From the NCBI GenBank assembly GCA_023248995.1, contig JAHFDN010000007.1, forward strand, positions 3,980 through 67,979: a DNA stretch of 64,000 nt, given 5' to 3'. Origin of the DNA: Candidatus Rokuibacteriota bacterium. GTDB taxonomy: Bacteria; Methylomirabilota; Methylomirabilia; Rokubacteriales; CSP1-6. The notes below the pieces were generated by a model. It was given only the letters and a program-made list of their open reading frames with translations, was not told the origin of the DNA and did not search any database. This document shows, piece by piece, positions 10,618-23,410 of this stretch. The stretch's first letter is position 1, and each line of letters begins with the position of its first letter. A program made the translations under genes and the position numbers.

Positions 10618-11928
10618 TTAGAACGGGACCTGCACTACCAGGCTGATGTACCGAGTCTTCAGGAACTGACTGGGCGACGCCGCGTTGCGCGGGCCGGAGC
10701 CGGCAAATCGATCCCGGTACCCGACCGAGATATTCATCGGGAAGGGAACCTTCCCCGCCAAGTACAACGGGAGTGTGGAATAGGTCCCGCGGACGATGAA
10801 AATCTGTTCTGTCGAGTCCGAATCTCTCTCAAGCCCCTCGCTCGGAAATGTCTTGTGCCCCGTAATCCGATCTTCGACCTTCCACCCGTACTTGTAGAGA
10901 GCCGACACTGATAGGCCCCGCAAGATCTCGTATTTGCCCGCGAACTCGACTTCGAACCTGTCCCCAAGGTCTCTGTCAACAGGCTCCCGCTGGCTCAACG
11001 GGGTGAGGGGGGTCGAGGGAGAACCTATTCTCAGCGTCGCTCGATCAGGCAGGACCCAGTCATACCGGAAGGTGAAATCGAGAGTGAGATCTCCAGGCCG
11101 GGGGGTCAGCGAAGGTTCTGTCGGCCTCCCTTTCCACAGGTTGCTCACAACATAGTCATGATGCAGACGGAGCAGCAGCGCATAGGCGCCCGAGCCCCAG
11201 GCCACGTCAGCCAGGTCATTCGGATCGTCCTGCCGTCCCGTGGGGAATCGCACGCCCCCGGTCGCGGCCAGCCGCCAGTCTTCGTTCTTGAAATACTGGT
11301 ACTTCGCTACGGTCACGATGTCTCCCAGCCCATCCGCGGAAAAGGGCTGAACTCTCTTGAAGCCCAAGCCACCGACCGTGACGCCCCCGACATTCAGGCC
11401 GGGGCCTATGACTTGCTGAATATCTTCTGTCGTGAACCGGCGAGCATTAGGGCAGGCAAGAGGTATGACGGCTCCCGCACAGACTCCAGCCCCACCCCCG
11501 GTGTTTACCCCCACGTTCGCGGTCGAGCCCGGGTCCGAGTTCAGACGCGCCCTGACCCGGTTCTGCGCCCAGTAGTAAGGAAGGTCTAACCCGACGGTGA
11601 GTCTATCGGTGACCCCGTACGCGAAGGAGGAATCGAGAATGTTGTAGTCGTACTTGAAACGGACAAGGACATCTCCCGCGCTCGCCCCGGGGGCCAAGAG
11701 AAAAGATTTTTCGTTTAAAACACCGACGACTGTCTCGGGATTTCCGTGCGGGTTCCATCGGCTTTCAGTCGGGAAATAGAAGAGGTTCTCCACCGAGGCG
11801 ACTGACCTTCCCTTCGGGAGCACCTGGGCATCATCGGCACGCGCCGGACTGGTAAGCCATGGCAGGAAGAGCGCGACGAACAACCCGACAGCGAGACGGC
11901 TTCTGATCGGCGCGGGGCTCCGGCTCAA
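10618..11928 (-). CDS. outer-membrane beta-barrel protein (MetA-pathway/transporter-like OMP family); probable TTG start
   Basis: Signal peptide, then alternating amphipathic strands, ending in ..VVQVPF with a C-terminal Phe (OMP signature). Lies directly upstream of and co-directional with the P1 gene. Confidence 0.55.
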   Translation of the reverse strand: MSRSPAPIRSRLAVGLFVALFLPWLTSPARADDAQVLPKGRSVASVENLFYFPTESRWNPHGNPETVVGVLNEKSFLLAPGASAGDVLVRFKYDYNILDSSFAYGVTDRLTVGLDLPYYWAQNRVRARLNSDPGSTANVGVNTGGGAGVCAGAVIPLACPNARRFTTEDIQQVIGPGLNVGGVTVGGLGFKRVQPFSADGLGDIVTVAKYQYFKNEDWRLAATGGVRFPTGRQDDPNDLADVAWGSGAYALLLRLHHDYVVSNLWKGRPTEPSLTPRPGDLTLDFTFRYDWVLPDRATLRIGSPSTPLTPLSQREPVDRDLGDRFEVEFAGKYEILRGLSVSALYKYGWKVEDRITGHKTFPSEGLERDSDSTEQIFIVRGTYSTLPLYLAGKVPFPMNISVGYRDRFAGSGPRNAASPSQFLKTRYISLVVQVPF

Positions 11929-12247
11929 CCAGGCCCCTTGTCGGTCGGCCGGGGCATGAGATCCCCCGACTCTAGAAGATACGCTCTCCGACGGCGGAAG
12001 GACTCTCCGCCTCCTAGTGGGGCTTGAGCCGCTGGTGGACTGGGCAAAGGCTTTGTGCAGTTTTGCAAGAAAAATACGTGATTGCCGGAGCTTCGGTCAA
12101 GAAAAAACGTCTCGTCTGACAGAACGTTCCGCCCAAAGCCCTCGGATGTCTCTTGACGCCGACCCGTCGGCTCTGTTACCACCAAGCCACTGCCCGGGCG
12201 GGCGGACCCGGCCCGCTCCGGGCCCGGGCAGACAGGGGGTCCGACAC

Positions 12248-13420
12248 GTGCTTGACCACGTTTTAGAGGAGAGGCTGACGGACCTCAAGAGGCGCGGCCT
12301 TCACCGCTCCCTCCGTCTCCTCTCCGGGGCCCCGAAGGCCGTCGTCACGGTGGAGGGGCGGGAGGTCATCCACCTTTCGTCGAACAACTACCTGGATTTG
12401 GCCAGCCACCCGTCCGTCACACGGGCGGCCATCGAAGCACTCGAGTCCCATGGGTGTGGGGCCGGCGCCTCCCGCCTGATCTCGGGTACCCTGGAGCTCC
12501 ACGCCGAGCTGGAAAAGGATCTGGCCGAGTTCAAAGGCGCCGAGGCCGCGCTGGTCTTCGGCTCCGGCTACCACGCCAACCTGGGTTGCATCTCGGCCAT
12601 CGTGGGACCGGGAGACACCATCTTCAGCGACGAGCTCAACCACGCCAGCATCATCGACGGCTGTCGCCTGTCCCGAGCCCAGGTGCAGGTCTTTCGCCAC
12701 AAGGACCCGGAGAGCCTCGAGAAGCTCCTGGCTTGCCAGCCCCCGACGGGCCAGCGGCTCATCGTGACGGACACGGTGTTCAGCATGGACGGCGACGTGG
12801 CCCCGCTCAAGGAGATCGTCGCCCTCGCGAGGAGGCACCGGGCCTGGATCATGGTGGACGAAGCTCACGCCACCGGCGTCTTCGGCCCGAACGGGGCCGG
12901 GGTGGTCGAGGCCATGGGTCTCCAGGGACAGGTCGAGATCCAGATGGGAACGCTGGGAAAGGCCCTCGGGGGCTTCGGCGCGTACGTGGCCGGGAGCCGG
13001 GTGCTCGTCGAATGGCTCATCAACCGCGCCCGGAGCTTCATCTTCAGCACCGCGCTTCCGCCGCCGCTCCTGGCGGCGGCACGGGCCGCCCTGGCCATCG
13101 TGAAAAGCGAACCCGAGCGGCGCAAGCAGCTCTGGGAAAACGCCAACTTCTTGCGCCAAGGGCTCCTAGGTCTGGGCTACCGCCTGGGCGACACCGCGTC
13201 CCCGATTCTGCCTGTTCTCATCGGCGGCGAGGAGAAAACGATGGCGCTCGGCGCGGCGCTCCTCCGGCACGGGGTCCTGGCCCACGGGATCCGTCCGCCC
13301 ACCGTGCCGGAGGGCACCGCGCGCCTGCGCGTCACGCCGATGGCGACCCACACGACGGAAGAGCTTCGGCGGGCGATCCGGGCCTTCGCCGACACGGGAC
13401 ACGAGGTGGGGGTCCTCTGA
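12248..13420 (+). CDS. bioF: 8-amino-7-oxononanoate synthase
   Basis: PLP aminotransferase class II with the BioF pattern (..SGYHANLGCISAIVGPGDTIFSDELNHASIIDGCRLS..; ..TLGKALGGFGAYVAG..). GTG start with an upstream AGGGGG; the track ORF carries a 5' extension. Confidence 0.85.
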   Translation: MLDHVLEERLTDLKRRGLHRSLRLLSGAPKAVVTVEGREVIHLSSNNYLDLASHPSVTRAAIEALESHGCGAGASRLISGTLELHAELEKDLAEFKGAEAALVFGSGYHANLGCISAIVGPGDTIFSDELNHASIIDGCRLSRAQVQVFRHKDPESLEKLLACQPPTGQRLIVTDTVFSMDGDVAPLKEIVALARRHRAWIMVDEAHATGVFGPNGAGVVEAMGLQGQVEIQMGTLGKALGGFGAYVAGSRVLVEWLINRARSFIFSTALPPPLLAAARAALAIVKSEPERRKQLWENANFLRQGLLGLGYRLGDTASPILPVLIGGEEKTMALGAALLRHGVLAHGIRPPTVPEGTARLRVTPMATHTTEELRRAIRAFADTGHEVGVL

Positions 13421-14796
<1,376 letters not shown>

Positions 14797-14800
<4 letters not shown>

Positions 14801-15507
14801 CCGGCCTCCTGATCACCGGGACGGACACCGGGGTGGGCAAGACGTTCCTCGCCTGCGGGCTCGCCGCGCTGCTGGCAGCCAAGGGGAAGCGGGTCGGGGT
14901 CATGAAGCCGGTCGAGACCGGCTGCGAGCTGAGGGACGGCCAGCCGTATCCCGAGGATGCGGTGCGTCTTCGCCGCTCTGCCGGCTCGACGCTTCCGCTG
15001 GAACTTCTCTGTCCCTACCCCTTCAGGCCGGCCGTGGCGCCGGAGGTCGCGGCCGAGATGGCGGGAGTCAGGATCGAGAAAGAGAAGATCCGCTCCTGCT
15101 TCGAGCAGATCGCCGCCCGGCATGACATCACGCTGGTGGAGGGAGCGGGAGGCCTGCTGGTCCCGCTGACCCGGGGGTACACCTTCGCCGACCTTGCCCG
15201 GGACCTCGGCACTCCCCTGCTGGTCGTGGTCGGCTCCAAGCTCGGCGCGATCAACCACACGCTCCTGACCCTCGCCTGCGCCCAGGCCATGGGTCTCGCG
15301 GTTCAGGGCTATGTGCTGAACCACCCCGCCGCGACTCGGGACCTCGCCACAGAGACCAACCGCGACGCGCTGGCCCGGCTCACCGACTCCCCGTGCCTGG
15401 GCTCCGTTCCCTTCTTCCCGCTCAGCGGGGAGGACGGGCGTGACCAGGAGGCGCTCCTGGCGCTGATCGCCCGGGAAGTGGATGTGAGCCGGATCCTGGA
15501 GGACTGA
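14797..15507 (+). CDS. bioD: dethiobiotin synthetase
   Basis: MTGLLITGTDTGVGKT P-loop; ATG overlaps the bioA stop (ATGA); about 236 aa. Confidence 0.85.
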
Positions 15508-15525
15508 GCCGGGCCGAAGCGGCGG

Positions 15526-16209
15526 CTACCCGCCCTCCCCGAGCGCCTTCAGGTGCTGCTGGGCCGCCAGCCCGAACGGGGTGTCCGGCGCCAACTCCCT
15601 GGCCCGGCGGAACTCCACCTTGGCCTCGTCCCGCCGCCCTTGCCTGACCAGCACAAGCCCCAGGTGATAGGAGGCCGCTACCATCTTCGGATCTAACTTC
15701 AGGGCCAGCCGGAGGACCTCCTCCGCCTCCTGGAGACGGTTGAGGTTATAGTAGGCCCAGCCCAAGTTGTTGTAGGTATCGATATTGCCATAGGCGGGGA
15801 GGGCCAGAGCCTTTTTGTAAGTCCGAACCGCCTCCTCCCACTTCCCCCCCTCGGCGTAGGCCACTCCAAGGTTGTGCAGGGCCGCCCCGTAGGTCCCATC
15901 CAGATCCACGGCCCGCTTGAGTGCGACCAACGCTTCGGGCTGGCGCTTGAGGTCGAGGTACACGGCGCCAAGGGCGTTGTGATAAAGCGGCACATCGGGG
16001 GCGAGCGCCACCGCCTCTCGGAGTGCGGAGAGACCCAGCGCCGTCCGCCCCTCCCGGAGATCCCTGTCCGCGCCCTCGTACACCGAGCGCGCCTGGAGCC
16101 GCCTGACCTCCGCCTCTTTGCCGGTCGCACAGGCGGCGACGAGGACTGCCACCACCCAGAGAAGAGCGCCTGTCAGGACCCCAAACCTTGACACCCGTAA
16201 ACTCGTCAT
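15526..16209 (-). CDS. TPR-repeat lipoprotein
   Basis: Lipoprotein signal with lipobox LVAAC, followed by about 5 TPR repeats. Confidence 0.6.
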   Translation of the reverse strand: MTSLRVSRFGVLTGALLWVVAVLVAACATGKEAEVRRLQARSVYEGADRDLREGRTALGLSALREAVALAPDVPLYHNALGAVYLDLKRQPEALVALKRAVDLDGTYGAALHNLGVAYAEGGKWEEAVRTYKKALALPAYGNIDTYNNLGWAYYNLNRLQEAEEVLRLALKLDPKMVAASYHLGLVLVRQGRRDEAKVEFRRARELAPDTPFGLAAQQHLKALGEGG

Positions 16210-16223
16210 GTACGCTTTGCTCC

Positions 16224-16499
16224 GTGCCAACTTACGAGTACCAGTGCGACCAGTGCGGACGGACCTTCGAGGTCCGCCAGCGCATTTCCGAGCCTCCCCT
16301 CGACCGCTGCCCGAGCTGTGAGGGCAACGTTCGACGCTTGCTGGGACCGGCCCTGTTCATCTTGAAGGGCTCGGGCTTCTACGTGAACGATTACCCCTCC
16401 AACTCGCGGAAGAAGGGGCAGAAGGAAGAGCAGAAGACCTCCACCTCTCCAAGCCCGCCCACTCCTGCCCCATCTGAGTCTAGCCCCTCCAAAGCGTAG
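16224..16499 (+). CDS. FmdB-family zinc-ribbon protein
   Basis: Canonical N-terminus (V/M)PTYEYQCDQCG..., a second CPSC pair, and a low-complexity S/P/E/K-rich tail. GTG start only 14 bp from the divergent TPR gene start. Confidence 0.6.
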   Translation: MPTYEYQCDQCGRTFEVRQRISEPPLDRCPSCEGNVRRLLGPALFILKGSGFYVNDYPSNSRKKGQKEEQKTSTSPSPPTPAPSESSPSKA

Positions 16500-16508
16500 C
16501 CCCAACTT

Positions 16509-17291
16509 TTATCCCTTCCTGACGCGCACCGCGGCGCCCCGGCGCGCCCCCATCACTGCCTGCGCGCTCCCCTCTCGAACAGAAATCTCCAGGCGACCGC
16601 TCGAGCCGATCAGCGCGCCGACTCCTCCCGGGGGGAGATCGGCGTAGCAGGGGACGATCCTCCCGACCTCCTTCTCCTCCACCTCGACGACCAAGGCGGC
16701 GGCCGGGCCAAGAGCCTCGAGATCCGTCAGCCGGAGGGAGGTCACCAGGTTGCCGAACCTGTCGGCATGAATCACCTCCCCCGCCAGACGGTCCCCTTCC
16801 CGCCGCGCGGTGGGCCAGGGGATGACAACGGGATCACTGAGCGGGGGGCCGAAGCGATGGAGGGGGACCCCGACGGCCAGGTGGGCCGCCGCCGGCGCGA
16901 AGATATCCCGCCCGTGGAAGGTTTGGCTCACGGTAGGAAGACGGTAGGCGGGAGCCTCGAGCGCCACAGCGCTCCAGGCGGCCGCGCGGAAGAGAAAGGT
17001 GAAGAGGCCGTTGTCCGGGCCGACGAACAGCTGGCCCGCGGCTGCGGCCGCGAGCGGACGCCGTGTGCTTCCGACCCCCGGGTCCACCACCGCCAGGTGA
17101 ATGGTCCCCGGCGGGAAAAACGGCACGGCGGCCTCGAGCGTGATGGCGGCCTCCAGGACGTCATGGGAGGCAATGTCGTGGGTCAGGTCAACCAAACGCA
17201 CGGTGGGGGCGATCTGGAGAATCACCCCCTTCATCACGCCGACGAATGGGTCCCGCGTCCCGAAGTCCGTCGTCAAGGTAATAATCGGCAC
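16509..17291 (-). CDS. SAM hydroxide adenosyltransferase (DUF62 / fluorinase-chlorinase-like fold)
   Basis: N-terminal ..PIITLTTDFGTRDPFVGVMKGVI.. and C-terminal barrel pattern typical of the DUF62 family. GTG start. Confidence 0.7.
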   Translation of the reverse strand: MPIITLTTDFGTRDPFVGVMKGVILQIAPTVRLVDLTHDIASHDVLEAAITLEAAVPFFPPGTIHLAVVDPGVGSTRRPLAAAAAGQLFVGPDNGLFTFLFRAAAWSAVALEAPAYRLPTVSQTFHGRDIFAPAAAHLAVGVPLHRFGPPLSDPVVIPWPTARREGDRLAGEVIHADRFGNLVTSLRLTDLEALGPAAALVVEVEEKEVGRIVPCYADLPPGGVGALIGSSGRLEISVREGSAQAVMGARRGAAVRVRKG

Positions 17292-17466
17292 TGCGCTAAG
17301 TCCTCATGCCGTGGCGAGAACCGAGCAGCCCAAGGCCCGAGGGAGGAGCCGACCGGAGCGTAGCGACCACGCCGGCCTGCGGCCGGACGTGGTGCCCGTA
17401 GAGGAATGGCGACGAGCGACGATAACTAACGGCCGAAGGCCATCCTTGGCGGGCACCCACGAAGTG

Positions 17467-17491
17467 GGTCGTGCGACGGTTATCGCCACGG
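17467..17491. repeat. 25-nt conserved motif GGTCGTGCGACGGTTATCGCCACGG abutting the ispB stop codon (copy 1 of 2)
   Basis: 22/25 identical to 28783-28807. Embedded in a region whose minus-strand transcript forms two UUCG-tetraloop hairpins (ACCCAC-UUCG-GUGGGU and GGCC-UUCG-GCC). Confidence 0.6.
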
Positions 17492-17492
17492 A

Positions 17493-18494
17493 CTAGCGGT
17501 CGCGGTCCACCACGTAGTCCGCGATCAGGCTCAACGTCTCCCGTTCCTCGGAGAGCGGGAACGGGGCCAGGTCCTCCTTCGCGGCCCGCGCATAGCTCCG
17601 GGCCCGGCTCAGGGCGTACTCGACCCCGTCGTACTTCACGACGAGGCGGCGGATCTCCTCGACCCCCTGGTCGTTCAGCTCGTGGGGGGCCAGGATGGAC
17701 AGGATGCGCTCCCTGTCGCCGTCACTCGCCCGCTCGAGCGTGGCGATGAGCGGCAGGGTGCGCTTTCCTTCCCGCAGGTCGGCCCCGACTGCCTTGCCCA
17801 GGCGCGCCTGATCGGCCACGAAATCCAGCGAATCGTCGCTGAGCTGAAAGGCGACCCCCACGTCCAGTCCGTAGCGCGTCAGGGCATCGACTCGCTCGGC
17901 GTCCGCCTGCCCGAGGAGAGCGCCGATCCGGCAGCAGGCGGAGATGAAAGAGGCGGTTTTCTGCGTGATGATGCGAAGGTAATCGGCCTCCGTGGCGCTG
18001 CCGTTGCGCTTGTGCTCGAGCTGGAAGACCTCCGCCTCGGTCATCGAAACAGTGGCGCGCGCGAGGGTCTCCATGATCGAGCGGTCGTTGTCCCGGACGA
18101 GGATCGAAAAGGACTTGGAGTAGAGGTGGTCGCCGACGAGGATGGAGGCATCGTCGCCCCACTGCGCGTTGGCGGAGGGACGACCGCGCCGGAGCGAGGC
18201 CTGATCCACCACGTCGTCGTGCATCAGGGTCGCGGTGTGCAGGAGCTCCACCGCACACCCCAGCCGCGTGCTCCGCGGCCCGCGGTAGCCGGCGAGGCGA
18301 GAGGCAAGCAGGAGGAGGATCGGCCGGAGTCGCTTGCCGCCGGCGCTGGCGATGTAGCCCCCCATTTCCTGAATCAGCGCGACCGGGGAATCGAGCGCGC
18401 TGGCGATCTCCTCCTCGATCGCGCGAAGATCGGCACCGACGAGCAAGCCGACGCGCTCCTTCAGCAGGGTTTCCAGGGTGGCGGTGCGACCCAA
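17493..18494 (-). CDS. ispB: polyprenyl diphosphate synthase (octaprenyl/heptaprenyl-type; IspB-like)
   Basis: FARM motif LMHDDVVD and SARM motif (..FQLSDD..); about 333 aa. Confidence 0.85.
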   Translation of the reverse strand: MGRTATLETLLKERVGLLVGADLRAIEEEIASALDSPVALIQEMGGYIASAGGKRLRPILLLLASRLAGYRGPRSTRLGCAVELLHTATLMHDDVVDQASLRRGRPSANAQWGDDASILVGDHLYSKSFSILVRDNDRSIMETLARATVSMTEAEVFQLEHKRNGSATEADYLRIITQKTASFISACCRIGALLGQADAERVDALTRYGLDVGVAFQLSDDSLDFVADQARLGKAVGADLREGKRTLPLIATLERASDGDRERILSILAPHELNDQGVEEIRRLVVKYDGVEYALSRARSYARAAKEDLAPFPLSEERETLSLIADYVVDRDR

Positions 18495-18503
18495 AGGGAC
18501 AGA

Positions 18504-19226
18504 CTACCGGGGAACGACCCGGTCCTTGAGTTGGATCTTCATGCCCGGCGAGACAGCCTGAATTTCCGCCACCGAGAACTTGTCGCGCACCTCGATCACC
18601 TTGGCCGTGGCCACCTCCTCGTCGAGCTCCCCCAGGACCTCGCCGGTGACGGGGTGGATGATGGGGAACTTGTCACGGCGGAGACTCACCATGGTCCCTG
18701 GCCGGATTCCATCCTTGGCTGAAAGGTCCACCACAATGCGCGTTGTATCCACATAGACGACGTAGCCGCGCGGCGGCTCGACGTAATCGTCCTGCGACTC
18801 CGGCGATCTGAATCTCCCACGCCCCCCCGCACGCAACGCGGCCTCCGAAGAGGTCGGATTCTGAAGCGGGCTGACCTTGCCACCACCCGGCGGCGGGCCA
18901 TACCGCGCCACAACATCCGACGAGGCAATGATGGACTTTTGGCCAAAGAGCACGGTCGAGATCGTGGTGGGAATTTTGTCCTCCTCCACCCAGATATATT
19001 CCGGCTCGCTAGAAACTTCCCCGAACCGCGGGTTCCTGACCAGCACCCACCGCGTGGCGGCCTGCTTCTGAGTGACGGTGGGAGTGGGCTCGGCCGGAAG
19101 GCCCACAACCTCGCGAAGGCTCACGCACCCGGCAGGTAGGAGTGCCAGAATCATAGAAAAAAGAAGGGCCTTTCGCCCGCCCGCGCCCATCATACGCCCC
19201 TTACGATACCAGAGGTGGAAAGCCAA
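18504..19226 (-). CDS. lipoprotein, paralog P2, carrying the shared unassigned beta-rich domain at its C-terminus
   Basis: Lipobox ..LLPAGC. C-terminal ..GYVVYVDTTRIVVDLSAKDGIRPGTMVSLRRDKFPIIHPVTGEVLGELDEEVATAKVIEV.. matches the P1/P3 domain. The true start is probably at the internal MMGAGG. Confidence 0.5.
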   Translation of the reverse strand: MAFHLWYRKGRMMGAGGRKALLFSMILALLPAGCVSLREVVGLPAEPTPTVTQKQAATRWVLVRNPRFGEVSSEPEYIWVEEDKIPTTISTVLFGQKSIIASSDVVARYGPPPGGGKVSPLQNPTSSEAALRAGGRGRFRSPESQDDYVEPPRGYVVYVDTTRIVVDLSAKDGIRPGTMVSLRRDKFPIIHPVTGEVLGELDEEVATAKVIEVRDKFSVAEIQAVSPGMKIQLKDRVVPR

Positions 19227-19240
19227 GGTCTACTCACCGC

Positions 19241-20030
19241 TCAATCCTCGCCGCCGGGCTCCCACGGAAACCGCTGCTCTCCGGCGGGTTCGGGCCGGCT
19301 CAAGACCAGCCGCCGGGAAAACAGGGCGGTCCCGCTGACGGCTGAAATCCACGTGGCGTCGAGATAGGTCACGCCCCGACGCTCCAGCAGCACGAGCACG
19401 ATCAACCCGACCGCCTCGAGGCTCCGCCCGAGTCCGGTGGCCTTCGGAGGGTCAGCCAGGAGCTGTTCGACGCGGATCCGTTCTGTGTCCATGAGCGTGG
19501 AGACCGTCAGGGGATCCGCGACCTGGAAGCGCTTGGTCTTCTCGAGCGCGCCGGCGATAAGGTACGGCACCCGCCGAAGGTCGGCCCCGGATTCCGTGAG
19601 GTCCAGGAGGGGCGCGACGGCCACCTTGATGCGCGTCCGTGTGATCCGGACGCCGTCTTCCGGGCGGGCCCGGGGATGCCCGTTCAGCGGGACATAGAGC
19701 GCTTCCGAGAAGCGCGGAAAGACCCGCCGCACCTGGGCATAGCCGAGGTGCTCCTCATAGCGCCCGAGGGGTTGGTTGGTGACCGGGTGGTGGAAGACCT
19801 CGCCCTTCCTGAAGATGACGAACTCCTGTCCGGGCTGGACGCCGTTGTCCTCGGTCAGATCCATGAAGATGCGGTCGCCATCCACCGCGACCACCATCCC
19901 TTCCGCGGGCGGGAACGCCTTGACGAACTCCTGGGTCATCTGCGCGAAGGTGGCGCCGACCCGCTCGGTCAGCCCCGCCTGGGCCGGCGTCGCCACGAGA
20001 AGAACGGGGAGGAAAACCGCGGCGAGCGTG

Positions 20031-20059
<29 letters not shown>
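19241..20059 (-). CDS. secreted protein, paralog P3 (unassigned beta-rich domain plus TolB-N/CsgG-like domain)
   Basis: Signal peptide ..LLVATPAQA. The domain ..[57 protein letters not shown].. aligns with P1 and P2. It is followed by ..[37 protein letters not shown].. The 5' end overlaps the mcm 3' end by about 29 nt. Confidence 0.5.
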
Positions 20060-21694
<1,635 letters not shown>

Positions 21695-21698
<4 letters not shown>

Positions 21699-23245
21699 AG
21701 CGGGATGTTCCCGTGCTTCTTCGGCGGGTTCGAGTCTCGCTTGGTGTGGACGATATCGAGCGCCTGGATGAGCCTCCGCCGGGTGTCCCTCGGTTCGATC
21801 ACCTCGTCGATGTAGCCGCGCTCCGCGGCTGCGAACGGGTTGGCGAACTTTTCGCGGTACTCGCGGGCCCGCTCGTCCCTGAACTTGACCGGCTCGTGGG
21901 CCCCCTCCATCTCACGCCGGTAAAGGATGTTCACCGCAGCCTCCGGTCCCATCACGGCGATCTCGGCCGTCGGATAGGCGAAGTTGACGTCGCCCCGGAT
22001 GTGCTTCGATGACATGACGCAGTAGGCGCCGCCGTAGGCTTTCCGGGTGATGACGGTGAGCTTGGGTACCGTGGCCTCGCAGTACGCGAAGAGGAGCTTG
22101 GCCCCGTGTTTGATGATCCCGCCGTACTCCTGAGCCGTGCCGGGCAGGAATCCCGGGACGTCTTCGAACGTCACGAGCGGGACGTTGAAGCAGTCGCAGA
22201 AGCGGACGAAGCGCGCGCCCTTGACGGAGGCGTTGATGTCGAGACAGCCGGCCAGGTGGGCCGGTTGATTGCCGACGATCCCCACCGGGCGCCCGTTGAG
22301 CCGACCGAACCCGATCACGATGTTCGGGGCAAAGTCGGCGTGGACCTCGAAGAAGTAGCGATCGTCGAGGACCGCCCGAATGATCTCCTTCATGTCGTAA
22401 GGCTTGTTCGGCTGATCGGGCACGATCGTCTGGAGCGGCTCGTCGACGCGGTCAGGCGGGTCCAGCGTCTGCCGGATCGGCGGCTCCTCCATGTTGTTCT
22501 GCGGCAGGAACGTCAAGAGCTCGCGGATCAGCGCGAGACACTCCTCCTCGCTCTCCGACGCGAAGTGGGCAACCCCGGAGGTCCCGGCATGGCGGGCGGC
22601 ACCGCCGAGCTCCTCGGCGGAGACTTCCTCGTGAGTCACCGCCTTGATGACATCCGGCCCGGTCACGAACATGTACGCGGTGTGCTTCACCATGACGACG
22701 AAATCCATGACGGCCGGGGAATAGACCGCGCCCCCCGCGCACGGACCCAAAATGGCCGAGATCTGGGGAATCACCCCGGAGGCGAGGGTGTTCCGGAGGA
22801 AGATGTCGGCGTAGCCTGCCAGGGAGACCACGCCCTCCTGGATCCGCGCTCCTCCCGAATCGTTGAGGCCGATGATCGGCACGCCAGTCTTCATGGCGAG
22901 GTCCATGATCTTGCAGATTTTCCGCGCATAGGCCTCGGACAGCGAACCGCCGAAGACGGTGAAGTCCTGGGCGAAGACGAAAACGGGGCGGCCGTGGATC
23001 CGCCCCGAACCGGTCACCACGCCGTCGCCGAGGATCTTCTGGGTGTCCATGCCGAAGTCCCGGCACTGATGGACCACGAACTTGTCCACCTCGGCGAAGG
23101 AGCCCTTGTCCAGGAGCAGTTCCAGGCGCTCGCGCGCGGTCTTCTTGCCCGCCTTGTGCTGACGCTGGATCCGCTCCTCGCCTCCGGCCACCTCGGCTCG
23201 TCGGTGGAGGCGATGGAGTTCCTCGAAGCGCTCCTGGAGGGACAT
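21695..23245 (-). CDS. pccB: propionyl-CoA/methylmalonyl-CoA carboxyltransferase beta subunit
   Basis: Acyl-CoA carboxylase carboxyltransferase domains (..[23 protein letters not shown]..; ..[13 protein letters not shown]..). Confidence 0.9.
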
Positions 23246-23304
23246 CTCCGGCTCCTCGTCAGGTGGGGTCGAACGACGCCCCTAGTATAGAGAAGGTCCC
23301 GGCG

Positions 23305-23374
23305 TCAAGTCAACGGATTTGCCTTCTTTTCCGGCGAGATCCAATTGACTTGAGGGCCGTCGGCCTGAGATAAT
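23305..23374. promoter_or_regulatory. back-to-back divergent sigma70-type promoters whose two -35 hexamers form a 9-bp perfect inverted repeat
   Basis: Plus strand: TTGACT (23345-50), N18, TGaGATAAT (extended -10, 23366-74), leading to DUF948. Minus strand: TTGACT (23313-08), N18, TATACT (23289-84), leading to pccB. The arms are TCAAGTCAA / TTGACTTGA. Confidence 0.5.
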
Positions 23375-23410
23375 GCCCTTCGCGTCTTCCTGACTCTGGA
23401 AGCCAGCGCT

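Noticed and set aside
16188-16230. Apparent overlap of the divergent TPR-lipoprotein and FmdB ORFs
   Set aside because: Using the internal Met (16209) for the lipoprotein and the GTG (16224) that gives the canonical MPTYEYQC N-terminus removes the overlap. The overlap is an ORF-caller extension artefact.
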